A program made the position numbers and the translations under genes. This document shows positions 1-10,431 of a stretch of 61,478 nucleotides of DNA, one piece after another. Each line of letters opens with the position of its first letter. Positions within the stretch are counted from its first letter, which is position 1. The notes under the pieces are model-generated. The model ran no database searches and was not told the DNA's origin. It saw only the letters and a list, made by a program, of their open reading frames with translations. Origin of the DNA: a virus (Duplodnaviria; Caudoviricetes); IMG/VR virus record IMGVR_UViG_3300020595_000038, positions 1 to 61,478 of that record. One strand, given 5' to 3'.

Positions 1-2224
1 TGATATAGTTATTTGAATCTTTGAAATTCATAGAACCACCCACAAAAGAAATATCAGATGCAGTTCCATTTACATCTAAACTTCCACCGAAAGTACCTCC
101 ATTTGCAGCAGACACAAAATCTGTAGGCAAAGTTTGATCTCCTGTATATCCTGCATCTGCATGATTTCCCCAACCATAGGCAGTATTCCAATTGTCTATT
201 CTACCTGTACTTACATATTTAGTAGTTGAGCCTCCTGGATAAATATTACCATCAGTAAAGTAATTACCATTATCTAAGTCTAACCATGCTAATTCATCTA
301 CACCTGAGTGACCCTTTGCAAAATCTGCATTTGCTTTACCAAAAGAAATTCTTCTATTGGATTGGTTTGGACCATATATCATTGTAGCCCAATCACTACT
401 AGTTCCGCTTGCGTTCCATAGCATCATACCATATGATGTAGTTCCACTGTCGTAAACTGTTATTCTATTTGCTGTGGTATCCTCAGCATTATTAGTTAAT
501 GCTAGTCTTGGTGATGTAATCGCATTAGTTACTGTACCACCATTAAATACTGTATCGTTATCTGTAGTAACATATCCTGCTGAGGAGTGATCTCCCCAAC
601 CATGTGCAGTATCGGCCTTTGTTCCCTGTGCACCTGTAGCAGCATCTGTAATACCAAAACCACTTAATGTAGTTGGTTTACTTGTTAATGATGCAAATGT
701 ATGTGAGTGATCTTTAGGTGCATATCCTGCTGAGGAGTGATCTCCCCAAGTGTATGCTGTTGCTCCTTCTGTTACATCTTGCTTTGCAAAATCTCCAGAG
801 GTCCATACATTATACCAAGATATATCTTTAGTGTTTTGTGTAGTTACACCATGAAATAATTCATGAGAATTATAATGCTGTAATAAAGCACCATAACCAC
901 CTTCCCCATCTCTTCTTCCTAATACATGGTAGTAACCATGACTAGACAATGGGTTGTTATAACTAGAAGGTTGAATCATTGTTGAATACCCACTAGGCTT
1001 ATTATAGTCTTCTAGTTCGTCAAACAACAATGTACTGTGTACCATTTTATTGAAACGCAGATCATCTCTTTCTTTTTTGTATACTGGATCTAATTCTGTT
1101 TCAACACCTGAAGATGTTACATATCCTGCATCGGCATGATTACCCCAACCATGTGCTGTAACACCCTTGGCTATATCTGCTTCTGTAAAATTATCTGAAG
1201 TCCATACTTCTGCCCATTTTTCTTGCCATGTACCACTTTGTTTGCTTCTTATAAAAAGATTGTTTGTGTGAAAATCATGGTATGATTGAACTGCCCAATC
1301 TGATGAATCCCAATACTTAGTAGTTAGTAAACCATCTGATGCACCTGATGGATCATCATTAGCCTCGCTAACATCCCATACATGAATACCTGATTGAGTT
1401 ATTGTATCTGCATTTGCTTTAAGTCTTGGGTTTAATTTTAAATACCTGCCATCATGATTATGACTAGGTAAGGCAGTTAAATATCCTTCTGTTCCATGGT
1501 CTCCCCAACCATGTGCAGCATTCCAATTAGAAACCATTAGGTTATCACCAGTAACATTTCCATCGGCAATAATACTTCTTGTTAGAAGTGTATCATCAGT
1601 TCCCCTAACCTTTAGCCAAGTTGCCGTATATAATGCGTCAGAGGCATTCCATAATAAAGAATATGTACCTGTAAAATCATCGGTTGAATTCCACTTAAGT
1701 CTTTTATTATCTAGTGTGCCACTTGTGATGTCTGTAGCAGCATGATTGTGACTTGGTAGAGCAGTTAAATATTCGGCTTTTGAGTGGTCACCCCAACCAT
1801 AGGCTGTAACTCCTTTTGACACCTCATCAACAGTAAAATCACCAGTATTATGATACTTCTTCCAAGTAGACCAGGAACTATTATAACCCCTTGAATAAAG
1901 AAGACCACTTTGAAAATGAGTTGCTAGTTGACCAGTAACATTACCGCCATTACCAAAAGTTGATATAGCGTAGTGATGGTTTGTTGGATTTAAAGCATTA
2001 GGATTTACCCTTCTAGAAGAAGGTGTAAAATAATCAGGAGTTTCTCCATCGGATAGTTGTTTTACAACCGGTGAAGAATTAGTTAAGTATCCTTCGCTTG
2101 CGTGATTACCCCAACCATAGGCAGTATCCCATTGTATAGAATCCCCACCGCCTGTTTTAGAAATTTTACCATCTACATCTAGGTCACCTGCAACTTCTAA
2201 CGAGTGTATGAATTCTATAGCCAT
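1..2224 (-). CDS. Long tail fibre, N-terminal part (runs off left edge)
   Basis: ATG at 2224 (MAIEFIHSLEV...), same frame still open at base 2; seven WG(N/D)H linker repeats; absent from the ORF track, consistent with no stop in the window. Confidence 0.85.
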   Translation of the reverse strand, partial: MAIEFIHSLEVAGDLDVDGKISKTGGGDSIQWDTAYGWGNHASEGYLTNSSPVVKQLSDGETPDYFTPSSRRVNPNALNPTNHHYAISTFGNGGNVTGQLATHFQSGLLYSRGYNSSWSTWKKYHNTGDFTVDEVSKGVTAYGWGDHSKAEYLTALPSHNHAATDITSGTLDNKRLKWNSTDDFTGTYSLLWNASDALYTATWLKVRGTDDTLLTRSIIADGNVTGDNLMVSNWNAAHGWGDHGTEGYLTALPSHNHDGRYLKLNPRLKANADTITQSGIHVWDVSEANDDPSGASDGLLTTKYWDSSDWAVQSYHDFHTNNLFIRSKQSGTWQEKWAEVWTSDNFTEADIAKGVTAHGWGNHADAGYVTSSGVETELDPVYKKERDDLRFNKMVHSTLLFDELEDYNKPSGYSTMIQPSSYNNPLSSHGYYHVLGRRDGEGGYGALLQHYNSHELFHGVTTQNTKDISWYNVWTSGDFAKQDVTEGATAYTWGDHSSAGYAPKDHSHTFASLTSKPTTLSGFGITDAATGAQGTKADTAHGWGDHSSAGYVTTDNDTVFNGGTVTNAITSPRLALTNNAEDTTANRITVYDSGTTSYGMMLWNASGTSSDWATMIYGPNQSNRRISFGKANADFAKGHSGVDELAWLDLDNGNYFTDGNIYPGGSTTKYVSTGRIDNWNTAYGWGNHADAGYTGDQTLPTDFVSAANGGTFGGSLDVNGTASDISFVGGSMNFKDSNNYI

Positions 2225-2239
2225 GCCTTATTGTTTTTT

Positions 2240-3400
2240 TTATGAGGCAGCAGAAATAACGTTTATTGTAATAGAATCTTTCTCTACGTTCTTTGCGAAA
2301 TCCACCTTTACTGATTTACCATCTACAATAGTAACATCAGCGTAAATCATTTTCTTTTTCAAGAATAAGGAAACAACTACATTTTCTGTTCCTAATCCAT
2401 GTTCAAACGTAAAAGTATTTGCTGCTGCTAGTTCGGGGAATATTCCGTTTGCTGCTTTGTTTTTTACTGTATCTAAGGCAATTGATATATCACCTAAATT
2501 TGACATAGTTCCAGAACCAGTAACATCTCCTGTAAGAGTTATCGTAGGGTCTGCAACATTAAAGTCTAATCTTCCATTAGTGTCGTCATAAGAAACTGCA
2601 ATACCTGATTGTGAACTACCAGTTTCACCAGTACCGCCTACCATTGCACCAACAACATCTTCTATTTGCTCGTCTGTTCTTACTTGAGAAGTTAAAGCAA
2701 TTTTTCCATCTGCATCTGGTAAAACTATTTTTCTGTCAGCACTTGGTTCTTCAATAGAAAGAACTGTTTCAAACTCATCGGCAGTTGCTCCTTCAAATAC
2801 AAAGGCATTTGTTACATTTACCTCTGTAGAATTTACAGAAACTGTATCCCCTTGGACTGTAAGGTTTCCTTTTATAATTACATTACCACTTGAATCAATA
2901 TTTCCAAATGCAACATTATCTTCAGGAGCAACTGCTTGCCCAATAGAAATCTCTCCGGCTGCTGATACATCAACTCCTGTACCTCCTGATATATACGCTT
3001 GTACATCTGCATCAGTATATTGGGTGATAGTGGTAGCGATCTCGCCATTAACAACTGTAATTCCTGTACCCTGTGAAAAATGTGCTCTTACTTCAGTAGC
3101 ACTTGGTCCTGTATAAGTAAATACACCTGTAGTATCGTCATAACTTAAAGAGCCATCACCACCTGAATCGGTAACACTTAAGGCGGCTGTTACTTCCGCA
3201 ATAGTTAATTTCTCTCCTAGACTGATCCATTCTTTGCCATCAAAGCATTGAAATTGATCTGTAGTACTGTTATAAATTACTTGTCCTGCAATCGCATCAT
3301 CCCCAAGAGTAGTTCTCTGGGTTGTAGTCATATTGTCTATAACTACAGATTTTATCTGATTTTGATTGAGATTAATATGATGTAAAAAATCTATCGCCAT
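2240..3400 (-). CDS. Tail fibre-associated virion protein
   Basis: Gly/Thr/Ser-rich beta repeats; N-terminus MAIDFLHH resembles MAIEFIHS of the next gene; C-terminal HGLGTENVVV domain. Confidence 0.65.
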   Translation of the reverse strand: MAIDFLHHINLNQNQIKSVVIDNMTTTQRTTLGDDAIAGQVIYNSTTDQFQCFDGKEWISLGEKLTIAEVTAALSVTDSGGDGSLSYDDTTGVFTYTGPSATEVRAHFSQGTGITVVNGEIATTITQYTDADVQAYISGGTGVDVSAAGEISIGQAVAPEDNVAFGNIDSSGNVIIKGNLTVQGDTVSVNSTEVNVTNAFVFEGATADEFETVLSIEEPSADRKIVLPDADGKIALTSQVRTDEQIEDVVGAMVGGTGETGSSQSGIAVSYDDTNGRLDFNVADPTITLTGDVTGSGTMSNLGDISIALDTVKNKAANGIFPELAAANTFTFEHGLGTENVVVSLFLKKKMIYADVTIVDGKSVKVDFAKNVEKDSITINVISAAS

Positions 3401-3406
3401 GGTGTA

Positions 3407-4624
3407 TTAATTTAGGTAAGCCTTCCCTGAGACTTTGGTGTTAAATGTTATTTTAATGATGTTCAAATTTACGTATTCTACCTCCGCATACATAATATTT
3501 TCATAGTCGTCAACGAGTGTGACTGAAGGTTTTTTATTAAGGCTATGTATAATCTCCCATTCTTTGTTAGAAGTTGGAAAAGTTTTTTCGTATGTTTTAA
3601 AAGGATTGTATTCAGGTACGTTTGTTAATCTCCCATAATTAACTGTTACCGCATATATTTGTGGACTAACTGAAACTATTTTTTCTAGAGTGTGCTCTCT
3701 TGGAACATCATTTCTTAAAACCGATAATATATCTCTTAAAATATCAGTGTTATCATCATCTATTAGATCTGAATCTAACCTTCTTACTAATAGATCAAAA
3801 TTTGTAATGACAAATTCTAAATTATCAGAATATCTTTTATGTAAATTAGAGTTATAACCATCATAAGTCTCTATTAAGTTTCTTAAGGTTCCAAAATAAG
3901 ATAACATCTCTACTTTAGTAGGGACCTTATATACTTTTAAGGACTCTGTTTTTTTGTATTCCGCAATTACTGTAGCCCAATTAAAATTAGTACTAGTGTA
4001 TGTGGCAGTAACTGTTGTATTTACAGTATACCTAGCATCATGATAAAAGCCATCTGTATCTACAATATTATACTCTCTAGAGGCTGCATCTAAACCTGTG
4101 CTAGTTTTATTGGATATACTTGATCCAGATACTATATTGGATGCACTAAACACTCTATTAACACTGTTTAGAGTATAGTTAGTTACGTTGTAATTAGGAG
4201 TTGTATCCTTTAGTTTAATTAAAGGGCTGAACTCATCTATATCTTGAAAAGATGTTAATGTAATTTTACTAAAATTAAAGTTGTAAGACTTGATTTTTAT
4301 AGGTGCTGAATCCTCTTTTATATAAAAGGAGTATTCAACTTTATAAGTTCCCTGACTTACTTGACCATCTGTTGAAGAAAGAGGTAAAATGTACTCAAAT
4401 ACATTTAAGTTACTTGAGGTTCCAGATATGTCTGCGACACCTCCTGCTTGATGGTTTCTTATTATGCCATCCGGTCTTGTTATTTTTATAAATATTTTGA
4501 CTTCATTCTGTGCTGCACTATATGTAGACGTGTCTGTAATCTTCAACGTAGGAGTCGAAGTCAAGTCAAACTGCATTGAAAAATCGACAGTTACATTGCC
4601 TATACTATTAGAAAAACTACTCAT
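3407..4624 (-). CDS. Putative virion structural protein
   Basis: Position; C-terminal WEIIHSLNKKPSVTLVD...SGKAYLN small beta domain seen in phage tail/decoration proteins. Confidence 0.5.
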   Translation of the reverse strand: MSSFSNSIGNVTVDFSMQFDLTSTPTLKITDTSTYSAAQNEVKIFIKITRPDGIIRNHQAGGVADISGTSSNLNVFEYILPLSSTDGQVSQGTYKVEYSFYIKEDSAPIKIKSYNFNFSKITLTSFQDIDEFSPLIKLKDTTPNYNVTNYTLNSVNRVFSASNIVSGSSISNKTSTGLDAASREYNIVDTDGFYHDARYTVNTTVTATYTSTNFNWATVIAEYKKTESLKVYKVPTKVEMLSYFGTLRNLIETYDGYNSNLHKRYSDNLEFVITNFDLLVRRLDSDLIDDDNTDILRDILSVLRNDVPREHTLEKIVSVSPQIYAVTVNYGRLTNVPEYNPFKTYEKTFPTSNKEWEIIHSLNKKPSVTLVDDYENIMYAEVEYVNLNIIKITFNTKVSGKAYLN

Positions 4625-4637
4625 ACATTTTAAAGAA

Positions 4638-4676
4638 TAAAAAAAGCCGGCCTCAGTTTACACATTGGCCGACTTT
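4638..4676 (-). terminator. Intrinsic terminator
   Basis: Minus strand AAAGTCGGCC...GGCCGGC followed by T7. Confidence 0.7.
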
Positions 4677-4696
4677 CAAAACAAACCAACAACAAA

Positions 4697-5518
4697 TTAT
4701 TTAAGCAATTTTACGATTTCTTCGTAAACTAATTCACCATTTTTGTTACTCAGAACGAAGTTAGTGAAGCCTTGCAGATAACTTGACTTGGTAGATCGTG
4801 GGACCTGGACAATTGTTTCTCCTGTTGCTACCCATGTAAAAGTACTTGTTGCTTTATCAAAGCGAATTACTTTTTTATCAATAGCAGATTTACACGTTGC
4901 TTGTATAGATTTATTCTTATCCTTACTTAATGTCATAAACGTGGTTGGATCTTTTTCAGCCATCACCTCTAATTCATCTCTTAGTATAGATATATCTCTC
5001 TTTTCATCTTTGTTTAAAGATGCTGTAAATTCTCTTACTTCAGCAGCAGAAAGTTCAGCAGCGACATTCATAGCGTCTCTACGTAGATTTCTTTGCTTTC
5101 TTGCATCAGTAGCCTTTTTCTTAGGTTGTACTAATTCAAATAAAGGAACTACACTTTTATCTCTATTTTCATTTGATTTATTATAATTACTTAACATTAA
5201 ATACTGAAAGATCTCTAGATCTCCAGTTTTACTACCTCTAAGTAACATTTTACCTTCTAACTCTTTGTAGAATGCTATAGTATTAAGAATAGGTTTTCCA
5301 CCAACTCCTAAGTTTTTAATAGCAGCAATATCTACATATTCTTCTGATACCGGATCATAAATACGATCAACTTTAGGCATCATTGCTACTGAAGGCATTA
5401 TTTTTTTGCCAGGGTTTTGAGGGTCATTCTTCACATTTAAATATTGGAAGACTTTAACCTCATCTCTTTTTAACATAGGTGGCTTCTCTATGTTATTGAA
5501 TTCTTTTGTTTTTATCAT
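4697..5518 (-). CDS. Hypothetical protein downstream of the capsid gene
   Basis: 273-aa ORF with AAAACCAACAATT leader. Confidence 0.6.
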   Translation of the reverse strand: MIKTKEFNNIEKPPMLKRDEVKVFQYLNVKNDPQNPGKKIMPSVAMMPKVDRIYDPVSEEYVDIAAIKNLGVGGKPILNTIAFYKELEGKMLLRGSKTGDLEIFQYLMLSNYNKSNENRDKSVVPLFELVQPKKKATDARKQRNLRRDAMNVAAELSAAEVREFTASLNKDEKRDISILRDELEVMAEKDPTTFMTLSKDKNKSIQATCKSAIDKKVIRFDKATSTFTWVATGETIVQVPRSTKSSYLQGFTNFVLSNKNGELVYEEIVKLLK

Positions 5519-5531
5519 AATTGTTGGTTTT

Positions 5532-5568
5532 AAAAAAAAAGAAGGGAGGGATTTCCTCCCCTCTTCTT
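5532..5568 (-). terminator. Intrinsic terminator after major capsid gene
   Basis: Minus strand GGGGAGG-AAATC-CCTCCCT stem then T9. Confidence 0.8.
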
Positions 5569-5582
5569 AAGGTTTATTATTA

Positions 5583-6899
5583 CTAAAATCCTGTTACAAG
5601 TGCACAGTGTTCTTTTCCTAAAACTTCTAGACCCATAATAGCCTGGTAGTTTACGTCAAGAATTGAATCAGCACTAGTTGGAGTTGGAGCAAGTCCACCT
5701 GTCAAAGTTTCTCTGAAAGAGAAGTTGTTTCCATCTCCTTCTAAGTAACGTACTTGCATGTAGTCTTGTGATCCACCACCACCGGCAGTTTTCACTTGTC
5801 CAGTAGGGATAAGGTAAATCTCACCTGATCCTGTTACTGTAGATCCTAGTTCATTATGATCAAGAATAGAAAGTTGTTTCTTATTCCATGTTCTACCATA
5901 TAAACTGAATTTATCAACACCTAAATCAATAGATTTTCCATCAACAGCAAAACGAGCACTAGTAAAACCAGTACCATCTAAACCATTTAATGCATTATCC
6001 ATTTTGATATTAGCATCAGTACCTAACCACATCCAGTAATCTTTTGGTGCTCTTGCTTTGTTAAGAGCCTTAGTAAGATCTGTTAATGTAGTAAGTACGT
6101 TTGTGTTAAAATCAAAAGGTGATCCTGATTCAAGGATACCACCTGATCTTAATTCTTCACGAAGACCATTAGTAGTCTGCACAGCGTTTCCACCTGCATC
6201 TGACATATCTCCTACAGATGCTCCTGAGTAGAAATCTCCTGATCCTTTACCAAACATCAATGAGTTAGAGATATCTCCTCTAAAACGTTGTAATGCTTCG
6301 TAAGTACCTTTGTACATGAAGTAAGGCTTACCTTTATACTCAACAGTGATTTTTGACGCTTTAGCAACATCAGAAATTCTGTATTTGTTTTTAAAGATTT
6401 GCACTCTGTTAGACTGCTTAGTTAACCCATACTTGATTGGATCTGGAGAACCAGAACCTTCACCTTGTGCATTCGAGAATACAACAAACTTATCTCCTGA
6501 AGCATCATAATCAGATGCAACACCTGCTCCATCTACTGGAGTAAATGTAATACCATTTGTTTCATGGATTGCTTGAATTAAGTATACGTTACCAGAAGCA
6601 CCCATCATCAAGTCACCAACTCTAGCATTACCTGCTGCTGATACTGTGATATCTGTTTGTTTTCCAGTTCCAGAACCTGCTTCTGAAATAGTGATTGTGT
6701 TATTTTTGTATAACGCTTCATTTACAAATGAGTGATATACTGGTTGGCTAGTAGGCTTTAATTTACCTAATGCCTGCATTACGTCAAGGAATCCTTCCTC
6801 TTCGTTTTGTACGTCTAAGACGCTTGACAAGATCTCACGTCCTTGCACAAATGAATGCTGCAAGAATGATAGAGAACTAATGTAATTAGAATTGTCCAT
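5583..6899 (-). CDS. Major capsid protein
   Basis: 438 aa; order portal-scaffold-this gene-terminator; QSNRVQIFKNKYRIS and TTNGLRE motifs typical of HK97-fold capsids of Bacteroidota phages. Confidence 0.85.
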   Translation of the reverse strand: MDNSNYISSLSFLQHSFVQGREILSSVLDVQNEEEGFLDVMQALGKLKPTSQPVYHSFVNEALYKNNTITISEAGSGTGKQTDITVSAAGNARVGDLMMGASGNVYLIQAIHETNGITFTPVDGAGVASDYDASGDKFVVFSNAQGEGSGSPDPIKYGLTKQSNRVQIFKNKYRISDVAKASKITVEYKGKPYFMYKGTYEALQRFRGDISNSLMFGKGSGDFYSGASVGDMSDAGGNAVQTTNGLREELRSGGILESGSPFDFNTNVLTTLTDLTKALNKARAPKDYWMWLGTDANIKMDNALNGLDGTGFTSARFAVDGKSIDLGVDKFSLYGRTWNKKQLSILDHNELGSTVTGSGEIYLIPTGQVKTAGGGGSQDYMQVRYLEGDGNNFSFRETLTGGLAPTPTSADSILDVNYQAIMGLEVLGKEHCALVTGF

Positions 6900-6921
6900 A
6901 TTTAATTTTTAAATTTTTTAA

Positions 6922-8073
6922 TTAACGAATTATTTTAACATCTGAGTCACCTCTACTCAGTGCACCAAAGAGTCCATCAAATGGGCTTTCAGGTGTTTTA
7001 TACTCTCTTGAACTTTTTGTAGGAGCAGTAGGATTCTTTAAATCAGAAACTACTTTTTCTTGTCCTAGTTCTTGTCCATGAGAAATAAGGGATGAATCAT
7101 AAACCTTAGGGTCAGAAGCATAAGCCAATACACGATACCACTTGTCAAAATCAACATTTCCCTTTTCATCTTGAAAAAGTGAGAAAAACTTATTGTTATC
7201 GATAGTCATTTCTTGTAACGATTCCGGGTTTTCCACTTCATAAGAAAATTTTTCATCACCATAAGAAATTAAAACACGCTTGTTATCCATCACGTCTTTA
7301 GTTATTTCATGAGATGAAACAGTTTCTGTCCATTTAGCACGTTGCTCTTCTTGGTTTACAGTTTCAGTTTCTTCAGTTTGTTCTTTGACAGGTTGAGTGA
7401 AGTTTTTCTGTTCGTCAACATACTTGTCTCTTAGTTTGGATGCATCTGCTGCCAGAAGTTCTTTACCAAGTTCCACTTCTTCCTCGTCAAATTTGTCTAC
7501 GTCTAAAGAGTACTTGTCAACTATTTCCCTAGTATACAATCTTTCGATTGCTCCCTTTGAAAGGGTAGGATTAGCCTGCTCTAGGTCACGTCTCATGACC
7601 AGTTCGTCAGACATTTCTGAATAGTTAACTGAAGTTGCCTCTAAATACGGAGTCAAGTTTCCAGTTTCATTATAATATTTGACTGCATCTTTAATGAAGT
7701 CATCTTTAAATTGAGCACTTGATGAATCTCTCATCCTTTTGTACTCGTCAAAAAAGTCCTCTAAAGTTTCGACTGTTCCTCCGCTAAGTTCTTTTGAAAT
7801 ACTATCTAGTTGTTCAAAAAACTCAACTTGGGTTTTACCCGAATCTTTATCAAAAGCCTCTGGAGTTTCCTCTGGTGCTTCTGGAGTTTCTACTGGTTCT
7901 TCTGCTTTCACAGGTTCTTCAGTAGTTTGTTCTTGCACGTCTTCAGTTGAATCGGTTGATTCCTCGGTTGGTGCTATTTCTTCTTGAGTCTCTTCTTGTG
8001 GTAATTCTACCGGTTGAGCCTCGCCATTTTCATCCACCACTTTGATTTCAGATAAATCGAATTCTTCTTCCAT
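6922..8073 (-). CDS. Capsid scaffolding protein
   Basis: Very acidic E/P/T-rich N-terminus, helical; lies between portal and capsid. Confidence 0.7.
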   Translation of the reverse strand: MEEEFDLSEIKVVDENGEAQPVELPQEETQEEIAPTEESTDSTEDVQEQTTEEPVKAEEPVETPEAPEETPEAFDKDSGKTQVEFFEQLDSISKELSGGTVETLEDFFDEYKRMRDSSSAQFKDDFIKDAVKYYNETGNLTPYLEATSVNYSEMSDELVMRRDLEQANPTLSKGAIERLYTREIVDKYSLDVDKFDEEEVELGKELLAADASKLRDKYVDEQKNFTQPVKEQTEETETVNQEEQRAKWTETVSSHEITKDVMDNKRVLISYGDEKFSYEVENPESLQEMTIDNNKFFSLFQDEKGNVDFDKWYRVLAYASDPKVYDSSLISHGQELGQEKVVSDLKNPTAPTKSSREYKTPESPFDGLFGALSRGDSDVKIIR

Positions 8074-8100
8074 AATTATAATTTGTTTGTTGTTTGTTAA

Positions 8101-10431
8101 TTATTGCTGCATTGGTTGTTGTGGCATTGCTGTAGGCTGTTGTTGGGCCATTGCCTGTTGTTCTTCTTGAGCACCCATTGCAAATGCTTCTTTAGTTGGT
8201 AAATTATCCATTAAGTTTCTTTCAGCAGATCCTTCCTCTCTCATTCCGGCTAACTCCATTTCAAACTCATACTTTTCTTTTTGTAATTGAGATTGAAGTT
8301 GTGCTTTTAACTTTTCCATTTCCATCTTGCCTTCCATTTCCATTTGCAAAGTCTGTTGTTTAGACTGTTCTGCCGCTTGAGCAGATTGCTGTTGGATTTG
8401 ACCATTCATTTGCTGTTGCTTTTCAGCATTAGCCTGAGCCTCTTCTTTTTTCTTTTTAATTCTATAAGACAAAACTTGTTGTGCCTGCTTAAGATTTGTT
8501 ATCTGCTCTATGTATACTGCATCTTCAAAATCTACCTGACCTTGAGCAACACTATTTTGTAGTATTCCCATAAGTCTAGCCTTTACCTCTTCTGTTGGAC
8601 GATCTTCAATCTTTACACCAAATTCATGCTTTGAAACACTTGGTGATAACTTAAAGAATTCCATTGTATTTCTTCCAAGAGCACGAACATAACCTTCAAT
8701 TGGTTTTTTCTTTACCGAGTCTTGCAACCTTACAATAACAGCAGACGCTAGTCTTTCTAATAATCTTCTTTCTCCTTGCTCAATGTGAGCCAAAGCATTG
8801 TTAGTTGCTTGTGCAGCCAATTTTGCTGTAGTTGTTAAAGATCTTGCATCTGGAGTAGAACCATCAGTAAATTCATTAAGACCAGTAATCTGTCTTATCA
8901 TTTCTATGTTGTTCTGAATTACCTGGTAATACGTCATAGCATCTCTACCTAGGCCATTCTCCAATTCTTCTATTGGCTTATAGTTTGTTGCTTTTCCACC
9001 AATGTCATTCTTTCTATAAACGAGTGTACCTGTCTTATTAAATAAGTCAATTACATCCATAGGCTTCATTTGATTACCTCCGGCTCCTAGAGGAATATCC
9101 TCTAATGCACCGAGTTCGATCATAATCCCCTTAGGTCTCGCTTGATTAATTGTGTTTTGAAGTCTATACCATGATATCTGAATTTGATCAGCAATAGGTA
9201 TTAATTGTTCCATTATACCTAATGGCTTCATGTTATGAAAATCTGGAGCGAAAATATGATACGACAAGTCTGTATCCATAAGATTAGACTTAACTCTTTT
9301 CATATCTGAACACATGCCGTAATCATAACAATATTCTGAATCTACAATCCAGGAAATTTTATATACTGTCTTATAAGAAGACCTTACATATTTATTTTTT
9401 CTTTTATTCTGGCTATTATATCCTGCTCTACCAAATCTCTTATTACCTCTTCTATCTACTCTAGATTCGTGAACCATTTGATCAACAGAAAAGAATTCCA
9501 TTTCTAGAACAAGTATTTTACTGTCATCGTAATTTTTAGAAAACGCATTATTGGATGTATTCATCCTTGTAGATCCTTTTCTACCAGAAAACCTTTCAGA
9601 AATATCTTGATATTCTTTTTCGTCAAACTGACTTCCTGCTCTTTGCTTTAAATCAGCAATAGACATTTCTTTTACCTCTCCTATATGTATCTTGTCAGAA
9701 AAATCTCTTTTGTTACAATGAGATACTAATAAATTACCAGGACTTACTACTCTAATTTTAACAGCACCATTACTATCTATGTATTCTTTATATCCGGCTA
9801 CCCCAAAATCAAAAAGATATTCATTTATCTGTTTTCTTTTCTCTTCCATATCATTTGTATGAAAGATTAAGTCAATACCTTGTTCCATTTCAATAGCAGC
9901 GTTATGCTTATATGTAAAATTCATATGCATTTCTAACTCCTCGTCATTTACTGGATCTCCCGGCTTACCTTTTAAAGCACTAAATTCTTCCATACCCGGC
10001 ATGCTTTGAGCAGCGGTATTTCTTAAATCCATTGTGGCTTTTTTGGTTTTGTAATACTTTTCAACATCTGACTGAGCCATTGCATCAATAGGAGTGGCTG
10101 TGATATTGTATTCTGTTTTGCTTAATTTACCTAATGCTATTCTTCTAAATTTAGGAACAATAGGTAATACAGTCCAATCTATAGCGAACCAACTTTCATT
10201 ATCGGTTTCGTCAACATTTAAAAGGCCTTTGTATTTATTAACGGATTGATTTCCTTGAGCATAATCTTTTATCTTAGGATAAGTCCCACGATTATTATGA
10301 AATGATTGTGTGCCATGATTTGTATAATCAGACCATGATGCTTTTGCATATGACAAACACCAATCCTTACCCTTTAAACTAGGGTCAATATTATGATTTG
10401 GATAGTTTGCTTTACCTTCGTGTTTTATCAT
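8101..10431 (-). CDS. Portal protein
   Basis: 776 aa after TerL; IRQITGLNE motif; Q-rich coiled-coil barrel at the C-terminus as in podovirus portals. Confidence 0.85.
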   Translation of the reverse strand: MIKHEGKANYPNHNIDPSLKGKDWCLSYAKASWSDYTNHGTQSFHNNRGTYPKIKDYAQGNQSVNKYKGLLNVDETDNESWFAIDWTVLPIVPKFRRIALGKLSKTEYNITATPIDAMAQSDVEKYYKTKKATMDLRNTAAQSMPGMEEFSALKGKPGDPVNDEELEMHMNFTYKHNAAIEMEQGIDLIFHTNDMEEKRKQINEYLFDFGVAGYKEYIDSNGAVKIRVVSPGNLLVSHCNKRDFSDKIHIGEVKEMSIADLKQRAGSQFDEKEYQDISERFSGRKGSTRMNTSNNAFSKNYDDSKILVLEMEFFSVDQMVHESRVDRRGNKRFGRAGYNSQNKRKNKYVRSSYKTVYKISWIVDSEYCYDYGMCSDMKRVKSNLMDTDLSYHIFAPDFHNMKPLGIMEQLIPIADQIQISWYRLQNTINQARPKGIMIELGALEDIPLGAGGNQMKPMDVIDLFNKTGTLVYRKNDIGGKATNYKPIEELENGLGRDAMTYYQVIQNNIEMIRQITGLNEFTDGSTPDARSLTTTAKLAAQATNNALAHIEQGERRLLERLASAVIVRLQDSVKKKPIEGYVRALGRNTMEFFKLSPSVSKHEFGVKIEDRPTEEVKARLMGILQNSVAQGQVDFEDAVYIEQITNLKQAQQVLSYRIKKKKEEAQANAEKQQQMNGQIQQQSAQAAEQSKQQTLQMEMEGKMEMEKLKAQLQSQLQKEKYEFEMELAGMREEGSAERNLMDNLPTKEAFAMGAQEEQQAMAQQQPTAMPQQPMQQ

